From: an uncultured Steroidobacteraceae bacterium
GTDB lineage: Bacteria; Pseudomonadota; Gammaproteobacteria; Steroidobacterales; Steroidobacteraceae
Direction: 5' to 3'
Length of the DNA stretch: 43,698 nt
Assembly: GCA_964657955.1 (NCBI GenBank)
Contig: CAZZWZ010000001.1
Coordinates: 1-43,698, forward strand
Shown in pieces: positions 8,440 through 16,762 of the stretch. Both the position numbers and the translations under genes were made by a program. The stretch's first letter is position 1; each line of letters opens with the position of its first letter. The notes below the pieces were generated by a model that was not told the DNA's origin, searched no databases, and saw only the letters and a list, made by a program, of their open reading frames with translations.

Positions 8440-10496
8440 ACGGGGAAATCCCGGCGGTAGGGCAGCGCCTGCGGCGCCGAGTCGAACTCCCGCGCATAGC
8501 GATGTCCGCTGTGCACGGCGTGCACGAGCGCGCCCGGCGCCAGGCTGTCGCCGATGGCCGTGACCGAATCGATGCCGGCCCGGGCCAGATCGGCGGTCCT
8601 GGCCATCAGCGCCCGGTACAGCTCATCCCGGGGTTCGCGCATCCCGACGACGATCAACGAACGACAGGGCAGACGTTTCTCGATGCCCGTGTAGACGTCG
8701 GCCAGAGCGACGGACTCGCCGTCGAACGCGGTGACCCGCAACAGCGTATGGATGGTCACGCCGGCGCGCACCAATGCCCGATGGATCAGCGGCAGCTCGT
8801 TGGTCATGAAGGTCCATGCCGACGCATTCCCGGCGGTCGTGACATAGGCGGTGGCACCCACCCGTTCCGCCAGCTGCTGTGCGATGGCGCCGGCCAGGTA
8901 ATAATTGTCGAAATCGAAGACCACCACGGGTGGTTCGGGCACGATGCCCGCCGCAAGGTCGTCGGGCGTGTAGACCCGGGCGCCATCCAGCCGGCCCACC
9001 GGAAATTCCAACGTCGAATACAGCATGGTGGTCCAGCGCGCGCCGGTGGCGAGCACCACGTGACGATGTTCCAGTCCGAGCACGTCGTCCACCCCGAGTT
9101 CGCTGCCCGGATACAGGCTGACGTTGGCCCGGTCGCGCAGCTGGCCCAACCGCCAATCGGCCACGCGTCCCCACGCGGCGAGACCGGGAAGGCGCGTCTC
9201 GAACCGCAGACGGCCGCCGAACTCGTCGTCGGCGTCGGCGAGCGTCACGTGGTATCCACGCCGCGCCAGGGTCACCGCGCACTCGAGACCGGCCGGCCCC
9301 GCGCCCACGATCAACAACGACGAGTCGCTCGCCGGCGGCGCGAAACGCTCCGGATGCCAGTCCCTGCGCCATTCCTCGCCCGCCGTGGGATTCTGAGTGC
9401 AGCGCACCGGAACGCCGTCGTGCCAGCTCGAAATGCAGATGTTGCAGCCGATGCATTCGCGAATCTCGTGTTCGCGGCCTTCCGCGATCTTGCGCGGGAG
9501 GAACGGGTCGGCGATGGAAGGACGCGCCCCGCCGATCAGATCCAGGATGCCGCGCTTCACCTGCGACACCATGACGTCCGGAGACGTGAACCGGCCCACG
9601 CCGACGACCGGTTTCGTTGTCAGCCCCTTGAGGAAATTCACGATGGGTTCGTGGCTCGCCTCCGGCGAGAAACGCGACGGGGCGCAGTCCGTGGGACTGG
9701 AGTCCATCTTCACGTCCCAGAGATCGGGAATCTCGCCCAGCAAGGCAACCACCTCGTGTGCTTCCGAGGGCAGGTGGCGCCCGGGCCGGCCGCGCAGTTC
9801 TTCCAGGCTGATCCGCAACGCCACGGCGCAGCGGTGGCCGACGGCGTCGCGGGTCACTTCGAGCAGCTCCCGCACCAGGCGCACGCGGTTGTCGATGGAC
9901 CCGCCGTAGGCGTCGGTGCGCCGGTTGTATTCGGGCAGCAGGAATTCGTAGGGCAGGTAGCCCATGCCGGCGTAGACGTACACGATGTCGAAACCCGCCT
10001 GCACGGCGCGCCGTGCGGCGGCGGCCTGCCACCGCAACAGGTCGGCGATGTCCGCGGCCGTCATGGCGCGCGGACGCAGGTTGCCCATGAATCCCAGATG
10101 CGTCGACATCCACGGCATTCCCGAAGGCGACAACGGAGCGAGGCGGCTGGTCCGGTTCAGAGTGCACGCACCTCCGTGCCACAGCTCGATGCCGGCGAGC
10201 GCACCGTGCGCGTGCACGGCATCCGTCATCAGCGCGTGGGATCGGATGTCGTCGTCGTCCCAGAGCGTCGCGAACGGCAGCGGCGAGTCGTCCGAGCTGG
10301 GATGGATGGACACGGCGCCGGTGCACACCACCCCCCACCCGCCCTCGGCCTTGACCCCGCGGAACCTCGCGCGAACTTCGGGCAGGGAATTGGTCATGCC
10401 GCTGGCGTGGGGGACCTGGTAGAAACGGTTGGGAGCCGTGACGGGCCCGATGCGAACCGGCTCGAACAAGATGTCGAAGCGTGGATTTCGCGCCAT
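8436..10496 (-). CDS. Trimethylamine/dimethylamine/histamine dehydrogenase family FMN + [4Fe-4S] + ADP-binding flavoprotein
   Basis: The N-terminus ARNPRFDILFEPVRIGPVTAPNRFYQVPH closely resembles TMADH as I recall it. Other matches are ARPSIADPFLPRKI, the Fe-S motif CIGCNICISSWHDGVPVRC and the dinucleotide fold LLIVGAGPAGLECA. ATG 10496 is preferred over the track TTG at 10502. Confidence 0.9.
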   Translation of the reverse strand: MARNPRFDILFEPVRIGPVTAPNRFYQVPHASGMTNSLPEVRARFRGVKAEGGWGVVCTGAVSIHPSSDDSPLPFATLWDDDDIRSHALMTDAVHAHGALAGIELWHGGACTLNRTSRLAPLSPSGMPWMSTHLGFMGNLRPRAMTAADIADLLRWQAAAARRAVQAGFDIVYVYAGMGYLPYEFLLPEYNRRTDAYGGSIDNRVRLVRELLEVTRDAVGHRCAVALRISLEELRGRPGRHLPSEAHEVVALLGEIPDLWDVKMDSSPTDCAPSRFSPEASHEPIVNFLKGLTTKPVVGVGRFTSPDVMVSQVKRGILDLIGGARPSIADPFLPRKIAEGREHEIRECIGCNICISSWHDGVPVRCTQNPTAGEEWRRDWHPERFAPPASDSSLLIVGAGPAGLECAVTLARRGYHVTLADADDEFGGRLRFETRLPGLAAWGRVADWRLGQLRDRANVSLYPGSELGVDDVLGLEHRHVVLATGARWTTMLYSTLEFPVGRLDGARVYTPDDLAAGIVPEPPVVVFDFDNYYLAGAIAQQLAERVGATAYVTTAGNASAWTFMTNELPLIHRALVRAGVTIHTLLRVTAFDGESVALADVYTGIEKRLPCRSLIVVGMREPRDELYRALMARTADLARAGIDSVTAIGDSLAPGALVHAVHSGHRYAREFDSAPQALPYRRDFPV

Positions 10497-10534
10497 TGGC
10501 AACCCCAGAAGAGCCCCGGTGAAGCCATGAGGTT

Positions 10535-10565
10535 AATTGATCGATCGTATAGTAGCAACGATCGG
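10535..10565 (-). promoter_or_regulatory. Candidate operator/promoter element, copy A; contains the perfect inverted repeat CGATCGT-N9-ACGATCG
   Basis: AATTGATCGATCGTATAGTAGCAACGATCGG lies 39-69 nt upstream of the flavoprotein ATG. The inverted repeat spans 10542-10548 and 10558-10564. The motif is shared with 6477-6504. Confidence 0.5.
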
Positions 10566-10690
10566 GCGGGCGGGGCGTGTCGGGCCGGCTGGTGCGCGTG
10601 GAGCGGCCGACGCGTGCGGGCGGGGTGCCCCATGTGGAGCGGGCGGTACGTGTCGGACGGCCGACGCGTGCCGCCCCGAACCTTGCGCAA

Positions 10691-11800
10691 TCACGCCGGC
10701 CGGAACGCCTCGAACGCGAGGCCCAGGGCGCTCGCCACGGCTTCGTGGGTGAGTTTTCCCCGATGAACGTTCAAGCCCCGCGCGAGGCCTGCATCGGCGG
10801 CGATCGCCCGCTCCCAACCATGATCCGCGATCGCTCTGACATAGGGCAGCGTGGCATTGGTCAGGGCAAACGTCGAGGTGCGGGGCACGGCGCCGGGCAT
10901 GTTGGTCACGCAGTAATGCATGACGCCGTCGAGCACGTAGGTGGGCTCGGCATGCGTCGTGGGCCGGCTGGTCTCGAAACAGCCGCCCTGATCGATGGCA
11001 ATGTCCACGAGCACCGAGCCGGGCTTCATGCTTTTCACCATGGCGCGCGTGACGAGCTTGGGTGCGGCTGCGCCGGCAATGAGCACGGCGCCCACCACCA
11101 GGTCCGCGTCCCGGACCAGTTCTTCGATGGCATGGGCCGTGGAGTACACGGTCTTGAGTTGATTGCCGAACAAAGCGGACAACTCGCGCAGGCGTTTCAC
11201 GGACCGGTCCACCACCGTGACATCGGCCCGGAATCCCACGGCCATCTCAGCCGCGTGGGTGCCGGAGACGCCGCCGCCCAGGATCACCACCCTCGCCGGC
11301 GCCACGCCGGGAACACCCCCCAGCAGCACGCCGTTGCCGCCGTTGGCCTTCTGCAGACAATGTGCGCCCACCTGCACCGACATGCGCCCCGCCACCTCGC
11401 TCATGGGCGTGAGCAACGGCAGCGAGCCGTCGGTGGCGGTCACGGTTTCGTAGGCGATGGCAGTGGCGTTCGAGGCGATGAGCGCCGCCGTCTGGTCGCG
11501 ATCGGCGGCCAGGTGCAGGTAGGTGAACAGCACCTGGCCCCGCTTCAGCCGGCGGCATTCGGCGATCTGGGGCTCCTTGACCTTGACCACCAGGTCCGCG
11601 TCGGCGAACACGTCGCCGGCCGAGGCGGCAATGCTGGCGCCCGCGGCCCGGTAATGAGAATCGTCGAGGCCGATGCCCGCGCCCGCGCCCGTCTCCACCC
11701 GCACCTCATGGCCGGCGTCGACCAGTTCGCGGACGCCCGCGGGGACCAACCCCACCCGATACTCGTGAATCTTGATTTCCTTGGGGACGCCGATTTTCAT
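10691..11800 (-). CDS. ald: Alanine dehydrogenase
   Basis: [27 protein letters not shown]... and the NAD fold [14 protein letters not shown]. The length of 369 aa is typical. Confidence 0.95.
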   Translation of the reverse strand: MKIGVPKEIKIHEYRVGLVPAGVRELVDAGHEVRVETGAGAGIGLDDSHYRAAGASIAASAGDVFADADLVVKVKEPQIAECRRLKRGQVLFTYLHLAADRDQTAALIASNATAIAYETVTATDGSLPLLTPMSEVAGRMSVQVGAHCLQKANGGNGVLLGGVPGVAPARVVILGGGVSGTHAAEMAVGFRADVTVVDRSVKRLRELSALFGNQLKTVYSTAHAIEELVRDADLVVGAVLIAGAAAPKLVTRAMVKSMKPGSVLVDIAIDQGGCFETSRPTTHAEPTYVLDGVMHYCVTNMPGAVPRTSTFALTNATLPYVRAIADHGWERAIAADAGLARGLNVHRGKLTHEAVASALGLAFEAFRPA

Positions 11801-11887
11801 CAGGGAGCTCCGCGACGGGTTGGTAAGTCCAGCTTAGGCTTCCGATGGGGCAGAATTTTGCAAAACCCGTGCGCCGATCTGCCCTTC

Positions 11888-11930
11888 GCGCAAGAATCTC
11901 GATAGAGTTACGCCTTCTGCGCAAGAATCT
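11888..11930. repeat. Two direct copies of GCGCAAGAATCT (11888-11899 and 11919-11930), 31 bp apart, in the ald/lrp divergent promoter region
   Basis: Read directly: ccttcGCGCAAGAATCTcg ... ccttctGCGCAAGAATCTgc. An AT-rich GCAGAATTTTGCAAAA element also sits at about 11850-11865. Confidence 0.6.
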
Positions 11931-11944
11931 GCTGGAGACTGCCC

Positions 11945-12424
11945 ATGGAACCCGGTTTGCCGATGAAACTGGATCGGTATGACCGTGCCATCGTGCGCGC
12001 GCTGCAATTGGACGGGCGCATGACCAACAGCCAATTGGCGTATTCCGTGAGCCTGTCGGAATCGGCGTGTTTGAGACGCGTGCGGGCGTTGGAGGAAGCC
12101 GGTTTCATCGAGGGTTATACGGCCCTCATCAATCAGCAGAAGGCGGGGTGTCCCGTCAGCGTGTTCGTCAACATCACGCTGGAGCGGCAGGAACAGGCGC
12201 ACCTGCGTGCGTTCGAGGATGCGGCGCGCCGGGTGCCTGAAGTGATGGAATGCTACCTGATGTCCGGCGAATACGACTACCTGTTGCGCGTGGTGCTCGC
12301 GGACACCGCCGATTTCGAGCGACTGCACAGCCAGCATCTGACGCGGCTGCCGAACGTCGCCAGGGTGCATTCCAGCTTCGCGCTGCGCACCGTGCAGAAA
12401 TCGCGGGAACTGCCGGTTCGCTGA
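11945..12424 (+). CDS. Lrp/AsnC family transcriptional regulator, divergent from ald
   Basis: LDRYDRAIVRALQLDGRMTNSQLAYSVSLSESACLRRVRALEEAGFIEGY is an HTH followed by a RAM domain. An alternative start is ATG 11963 (MKLDRYD). Confidence 0.9.
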   Translation: MEPGLPMKLDRYDRAIVRALQLDGRMTNSQLAYSVSLSESACLRRVRALEEAGFIEGYTALINQQKAGCPVSVFVNITLERQEQAHLRAFEDAARRVPEVMECYLMSGEYDYLLRVVLADTADFERLHSQHLTRLPNVARVHSSFALRTVQKSRELPVR

Positions 12425-12445
12425 ACCGGCGGCATCGCAGCGGAC

Positions 12446-13102
12446 TCAGGAAGCGGGTTTGAGCGCCAGGCTGAAGGATACCTTCACGACATCCGCGATC
12501 CATTCGGTGCTCTTCCAGTCGTGCTGGCCCACGCCGAATTCCAGGCGCTTGAGCGTCGCGGTGCCCTCGAGCTTGGCGGACGGCGGGGTGGCCGTGAATT
12601 GGAAATGGATGGGCACGTCCTTCGTGACGCCATGCAGGGTCAGACTGCCGGTGGCGTCGTAGCCGTCCGCGGTCTTGGTGATGCCGTGCGTGACGTAATG
12701 CGCCGTCGGGAAGTGGGCCACGTCGAAGATGTCCGGCCCGCGCATGGTGGTGTCCCGATCGTTGTCCTTGGTATCGATGGAATTCAAGTCGATCTGCACG
12801 TCGATGTGCGCATCCGCCAGGGCCTGCGGTGCCAGGTTCACCTTGGCCGTGAATTTGTGGAACGTGCCCTTGAACTCGGCGCCCGCCTGCGTGCCGACGA
12901 AGTCCAGACGACTGCCCCCCCCGTCGGCGACATAACTCGAAGCGCCATCGGCGGCCCACGCCACCGACACGGCCGCGCCGGTCGCCACTCCCGCCATCGC
13001 CAGCAACGTGACCGTCCCCCACGCCATGCCTCTGCCGGCGCCGTGGTTCGCGGATGCCGCGGCCGATGAATTGTCGGTATCGATCGAGCGGTGTCGTTTC
13101 AT
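12446..13102 (-). CDS. yceI: YceI family periplasmic (polyisoprenoid-binding) protein
   Basis: It has a signal-like segment, then FVGTQAGAEFKGTFHKF...DTKDNDRDTTMRGPDIFDVAHFP...LTLHGVTKDV. ATG 13102 overlaps the b561 stop (ATGA). The track ORF up to 13414 is an over-extension. Confidence 0.85.
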   Translation of the reverse strand: MKRHRSIDTDNSSAAASANHGAGRGMAWGTVTLLAMAGVATGAAVSVAWAADGASSYVADGGGSRLDFVGTQAGAEFKGTFHKFTAKVNLAPQALADAHIDVQIDLNSIDTKDNDRDTTMRGPDIFDVAHFPTAHYVTHGITKTADGYDATGSLTLHGVTKDVPIHFQFTATPPSAKLEGTATLKRLEFGVGQHDWKSTEWIADVVKVSFSLALKPAS

Positions 13103-13659
13103 GATTTCCTCGCGGATTTGGTGAAGGGCAGCATGCGCAGCAACACCGGATCCTTGTTCCAGAAATGGTGTTTCAGCGCGGCCAGGATGTGCAGCACGGC
13201 GATCGCGAGCAGCGCATAACTCAAGTAGTCGTGGGTGTCCTTCAGCAAGACGAAGGCATCGTCGCTCTGACCGATCAGATTGGGCCACGTGAACAGGCCG
13301 AACCAGCTCACCGAATAGTTCTTCGCGGAGGACATCATCCAGCCGGTGAGCGGCATGGCGAACAGCAGGACGTAGAACCCGACGTGCGTGATCCGGGCGG
13401 CCAGCCGTTCCCATGGGACCATGCCGGCGGGCAACGCCGGCGGGGGATTCATCGAGCGCCAGATCAAGCGCACGACCGCGAGCATGAGGATGGTCATGCC
13501 GAAACTCTTGTGGCGTGCCAGCAGCGCCAGCTTGTGCAGCCCGATCGGCAGATCATCGGCCGTCCACGCGAGGGCAAATTGGGTCACGATCAGCGCGGCA
13601 ATCACCCAGTGCAGCAATTTTGCCACCGGCGTGTAGTGGGTGACGCTATCATTGGGCAT
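13099..13659 (-). CDS. Cytochrome b561 family protein
   Basis: Four-helix layout with conserved His residues (LLHWVIA, ARHKSFG, THVGFY, LHILAALKHH). Confidence 0.85.
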   Translation of the reverse strand: MPNDSVTHYTPVAKLLHWVIAALIVTQFALAWTADDLPIGLHKLALLARHKSFGMTILMLAVVRLIWRSMNPPPALPAGMVPWERLAARITHVGFYVLLFAMPLTGWMMSSAKNYSVSWFGLFTWPNLIGQSDDAFVLLKDTHDYLSYALLAIAVLHILAALKHHFWNKDPVLLRMLPFTKSARKS

Positions 13660-13721
13660 CGACGAACTTCCTGTGTGGACGGCGTTGCCGGGTAGTCTAG
13701 CAAGTCGATCGGGGCTTCATC

Positions 13722-14483
13722 GTGTTCAAGTGCGGCAGTGCGATCTTGGTGGCGGCATTGCTCGTGGGGTGCGGCGCGCCCGCTCCGCGTCCCAACCCCG
13801 CGGGCACGCCGTCTGTCGGCCCACCGCTCGCGGGGGCGGGGGCCGCCGGCCCGGCAGCTGCCGGCACGGCGCCACCCGCCTCGGATGCGGCACCCGCGCG
13901 CGGTCCGGGCGTGTACTACATCGATCCGGCACAGTCCGAGTTGCGCTTGTTGGTGTATCGCGGAGGCGCCCTGGCGCGGCTGGGCCACAATCACGTCATC
14001 GTCAACCGAGCGGTGGGGGGCTGGATCAAGTTCCGGGGAGACCCGGGTGCCGTTTCGTTCGCCTTCAAGGTGCCGGTCGAGGACTTCATGGTGGACAACG
14101 CCGGGGCGCGCAGTCAGGAGGGTACCGACTTCTTCGAGGAGGTCCCGGACGATGCGAAGACCTCCACCCGCCGCAACATGCTGAGCCCGGCGCTGCTCGA
14201 TGCCGACCGGTATCCCGCGATCACGTTGACCAGCGTCGCCGTGAGGCAGGCGACCGGGGGATCCGCGGCGGCGGCCACCGTCACGGTGAACGTCGCGGGG
14301 CACGAATCCACCCTGGTGGTGCCCTTCGAGGCGGCCACGTCGGCAGGACAAATCTCGGTCAGCGGGAGCGCGGTGCTGCGGCAGACGGCACTGGGGCTCA
14401 CGCCGTTCAGCATCATGCTCGGCGCTCTGCAGGTGCAGGACGAACTGACCGTCAAATTCACCTTGGTGGCCCTCGCGACGTAG
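13722..14483 (+). CDS. YceI-like domain lipoprotein
   Basis: GTG start and lipobox LLVGC. The YceI-like pattern is YYIDPAQSELRLLVYRGG...LGHNH...RRNMLSPALLDADRYPAITLTS. Confidence 0.65.
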   Translation: MFKCGSAILVAALLVGCGAPAPRPNPAGTPSVGPPLAGAGAAGPAAAGTAPPASDAAPARGPGVYYIDPAQSELRLLVYRGGALARLGHNHVIVNRAVGGWIKFRGDPGAVSFAFKVPVEDFMVDNAGARSQEGTDFFEEVPDDAKTSTRRNMLSPALLDADRYPAITLTSVAVRQATGGSAAAATVTVNVAGHESTLVVPFEAATSAGQISVSGSAVLRQTALGLTPFSIMLGALQVQDELTVKFTLVALAT

Positions 14484-14563
14484 CCGGGCGGAAGGGCGCG
14501 TGAGTTCCGGGAGTGATGGCGCGCGGCGGTCGGGCCGCTGCCGAGGTCGCGTCGCTGCCGAGG

Positions 14564-15280
14564 TCAATCGGATGCTGCGGTCACCAGGATCGGCGTGCCT
14601 TCGGGCGCGTTGACGAGCTTGGCCCGGACGGCTTCGAGGGCCGCGTGACCACGGCCTACGGCCGCGCCCGCCGACCCGAGGATGGCCACGGTCGCGCCGA
14701 CATCGTCGGCCTCGAACACCAGCGTGGGCTCGCGCACCAGCGACGGATCGTGCAGTCCGATGCCGATGGTGTCGCTGATCAAGGAAACGTGGGGCAGGCC
14801 GGCGTGCGGCTCATCCATGCCGACGAAGCCCAGCCGCTCCCAGTAGTCCTTGGCGGACCCGCGGTCCGCAGCGGGCAATGCGATTTCGAGGAAATAGCCG
14901 CACGCCGACAGCTGGGTGGGCCGGCGTTCGCAGGGCGAGAAGGTGCGGGCTTCGACGAGCCGGACGAGGTGGCCCGACGGATCGCGCCAGCCCAGTTCAT
15001 TGAAGACACCGCCCCCCAATTGGCGCAATTCGAGCACGAGGCCCAGCGCGTCGAACTGCGGCAGGTGTTCGAGCAACCCGGGCCTGACGAACGTGAGCGA
15101 CGGCGTGAAATCGGGTTCTTGATGCAGTCCGATCACCACCCTGCCGTCGGTGACCGCCGCATACGGATGCTTCCACGCTTCCCCGACGGCGGCCTGCGAG
15201 AAACCGAGCCGGCCGTAGAAGCTCAATGAAGCTCGAATGTCCGGCGTCGTGACCGACAGTTCGAGAAAGCGCCCCAGCAC
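14564..15280 (-). CDS. VOC (glyoxalase/bleomycin resistance/dioxygenase) family protein, two-module
   Basis: MLGRFLELSVTTPDIRASLSFYGRLGF and a second module YFLEIALPAADRGSAKDYWERLGF. Confidence 0.75.
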   Translation of the reverse strand: MLGRFLELSVTTPDIRASLSFYGRLGFSQAAVGEAWKHPYAAVTDGRVVIGLHQEPDFTPSLTFVRPGLLEHLPQFDALGLVLELRQLGGGVFNELGWRDPSGHLVRLVEARTFSPCERRPTQLSACGYFLEIALPAADRGSAKDYWERLGFVGMDEPHAGLPHVSLISDTIGIGLHDPSLVREPTLVFEADDVGATVAILGSAGAAVGRGHAALEAVRAKLVNAPEGTPILVTAASD

Positions 15281-15287
15281 GGTGGCG

Positions 15288-16742
15288 CTAGCTCACGGCA
15301 CCCACGCAGACATACTTCAGTTCGGTGTAGTCGAGAATGCCGTACTTCGATCCTTCCCGACCGACGCCGGACTCCTTGACCCCGCCGAAGGGCGCCACCT
15401 CGGTGGAGATGATGCCCGTGTTCAAGCCGACGATGCCATATTCGATGGCTTCGGAGACGCGCCAGCTCCGCGCCAGATCGCGGGTGTACAGGTAGGCGGC
15501 GAGGCCGAACTCCGTGTCGTTCGCCATCCTGATGGCGTCGGCCTCGGACTCGAATCGAAACACGGGTGCCAGTGGTCCGAAGGTTTCCTCCCGCGCCACC
15601 AGCATGTCCTGGGTCGCGCCGGTCAGTATGGTCGGTTCGAAGAACGTGCCGCCCAGCGCATGACGATGGCCGCCGAGCACCACGCGTGCGCCCTTGGCCA
15701 CGGCGTCGGCGATGTGTTCCTCCACCTTGGCCACCGCCTTGCCGTCGATCAGCGGACCCTGATCGGTCACGCCCGCGAGTCCGTCGCCCAAGCGCAGTTT
15801 GCCCACCGCCTCCTCGAGCTTGGCGACGAATCGATCGTGAACGCCCGCCTGGACCAGCAGACGATTGGCGCAGACGCAGGTCTGGCCGGTGTTCCTGAAC
15901 TTGCTGGCGATGGCGCCCTGTACCGCGGCGTCGAGATCGGCGTCGTCGAACACGATGAAGGGTGCGTTGCCGCCCAGTTCGAGCGACAGCTTCTTCATCG
16001 TCCCGGCGCACTGCGTCATCAGCTTCTTGCCGATGTCCGTCGATCCCGTGAAGGTCAATTTGCGAACCCGCGGATTGCGGGTCATCTCGCCGCCGATGGC
16101 GGTGGCGGAACCGGTCACGACGTTGAACACCCCCGGCGGCACCCCGGCCCGTTGCGCGAGTTCCGCCAGTGCGAGGGCGGAGAAGGGGGTGAGCGTGGCC
16201 GGCTTCAGCACCATGGTGCATCCGGCCGCCAGCGCCGGGCCGGCCTTGCGCGTGATCATGGCGGCGGGAAAATTCCAGGGCGTGATGGCGGCGACCACCC
16301 CCACCGGTTGACGCAGGACCAGCAGCCGCTTGTCGGCTTGATGTCCGGGAATGATGTCGCCATACAGCCGTTTGCCTTCCTCCGCATACCACTCGATGAA
16401 GGAGGCGGCGTAGACGATTTCGCCCATGGCCTCGGCCAGCGGCTTGCCTTGCTCGGCCGTCATCAACGTCGCCAGATCCTGCTGATTCGCGAGCATCAGG
16501 TCGAACCAGCGGCGCAGGATGACGGAACGCTCCTTGGCGGTCCGGGAGGCCCACGCCGGCAATGCCTGCGCCGCGGCCTCGATGGCGCGGCGGGTTTCGT
16601 CGACGGCCATGTCCGGTACGGTGCCCAGGCGTTCCGCCGTCGCGGGATTGAGCACCGGCAGCGTGCGTCCGCCGTCCGCGCTCACCCACTCGCCGTCGAT
16701 GAAACCTCGTTCTTGGAACAATCGGGTGTCGTGCAGCTTCAT
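15288..16742 (-). CDS. gabD: Succinate-semialdehyde dehydrogenase [NAD(P)+]
   Basis: MKLHDTRLFQERGFIDGEWV..., ITPWNFP, the catalytic LELGGNAPFIV and GQTCVCANR. I chose ATG 16742. The track ORF up to 17216 overlaps the thiolase gene. Confidence 0.9.
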   Translation of the reverse strand: MKLHDTRLFQERGFIDGEWVSADGGRTLPVLNPATAERLGTVPDMAVDETRRAIEAAAQALPAWASRTAKERSVILRRWFDLMLANQQDLATLMTAEQGKPLAEAMGEIVYAASFIEWYAEEGKRLYGDIIPGHQADKRLLVLRQPVGVVAAITPWNFPAAMITRKAGPALAAGCTMVLKPATLTPFSALALAELAQRAGVPPGVFNVVTGSATAIGGEMTRNPRVRKLTFTGSTDIGKKLMTQCAGTMKKLSLELGGNAPFIVFDDADLDAAVQGAIASKFRNTGQTCVCANRLLVQAGVHDRFVAKLEEAVGKLRLGDGLAGVTDQGPLIDGKAVAKVEEHIADAVAKGARVVLGGHRHALGGTFFEPTILTGATQDMLVAREETFGPLAPVFRFESEADAIRMANDTEFGLAAYLYTRDLARSWRVSEAIEYGIVGLNTGIISTEVAPFGGVKESGVGREGSKYGILDYTELKYVCVGAVS

Positions 16743-16762
16743 GAGGCCAAGAATACCGCTTT

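Noticed and set aside
8085-10766. Very long ORFs antisense to, or out of frame with, recognised genes. Examples: 8085-10766(+) 893 aa, 1746-3188(-), 5102-6622(+), 10577-11905(+), 15237-17054(+), 15223-16788(-), 18087-19856(-), 25464-26720(+), 27927-29042(-), 29800-31557(-), 33672-34826(-), 38715-40289(+).
   Set aside because: Their translations are Arg/Pro/Gly/Ala-rich with no recognisable motifs. In each case another frame or strand encodes a clearly recognisable family (TMADH-like, ald, gabD, DUF885, FdR, AHAS, cysI and so on). Long spurious ORFs are expected in GC-rich DNA because stop codons are rare.
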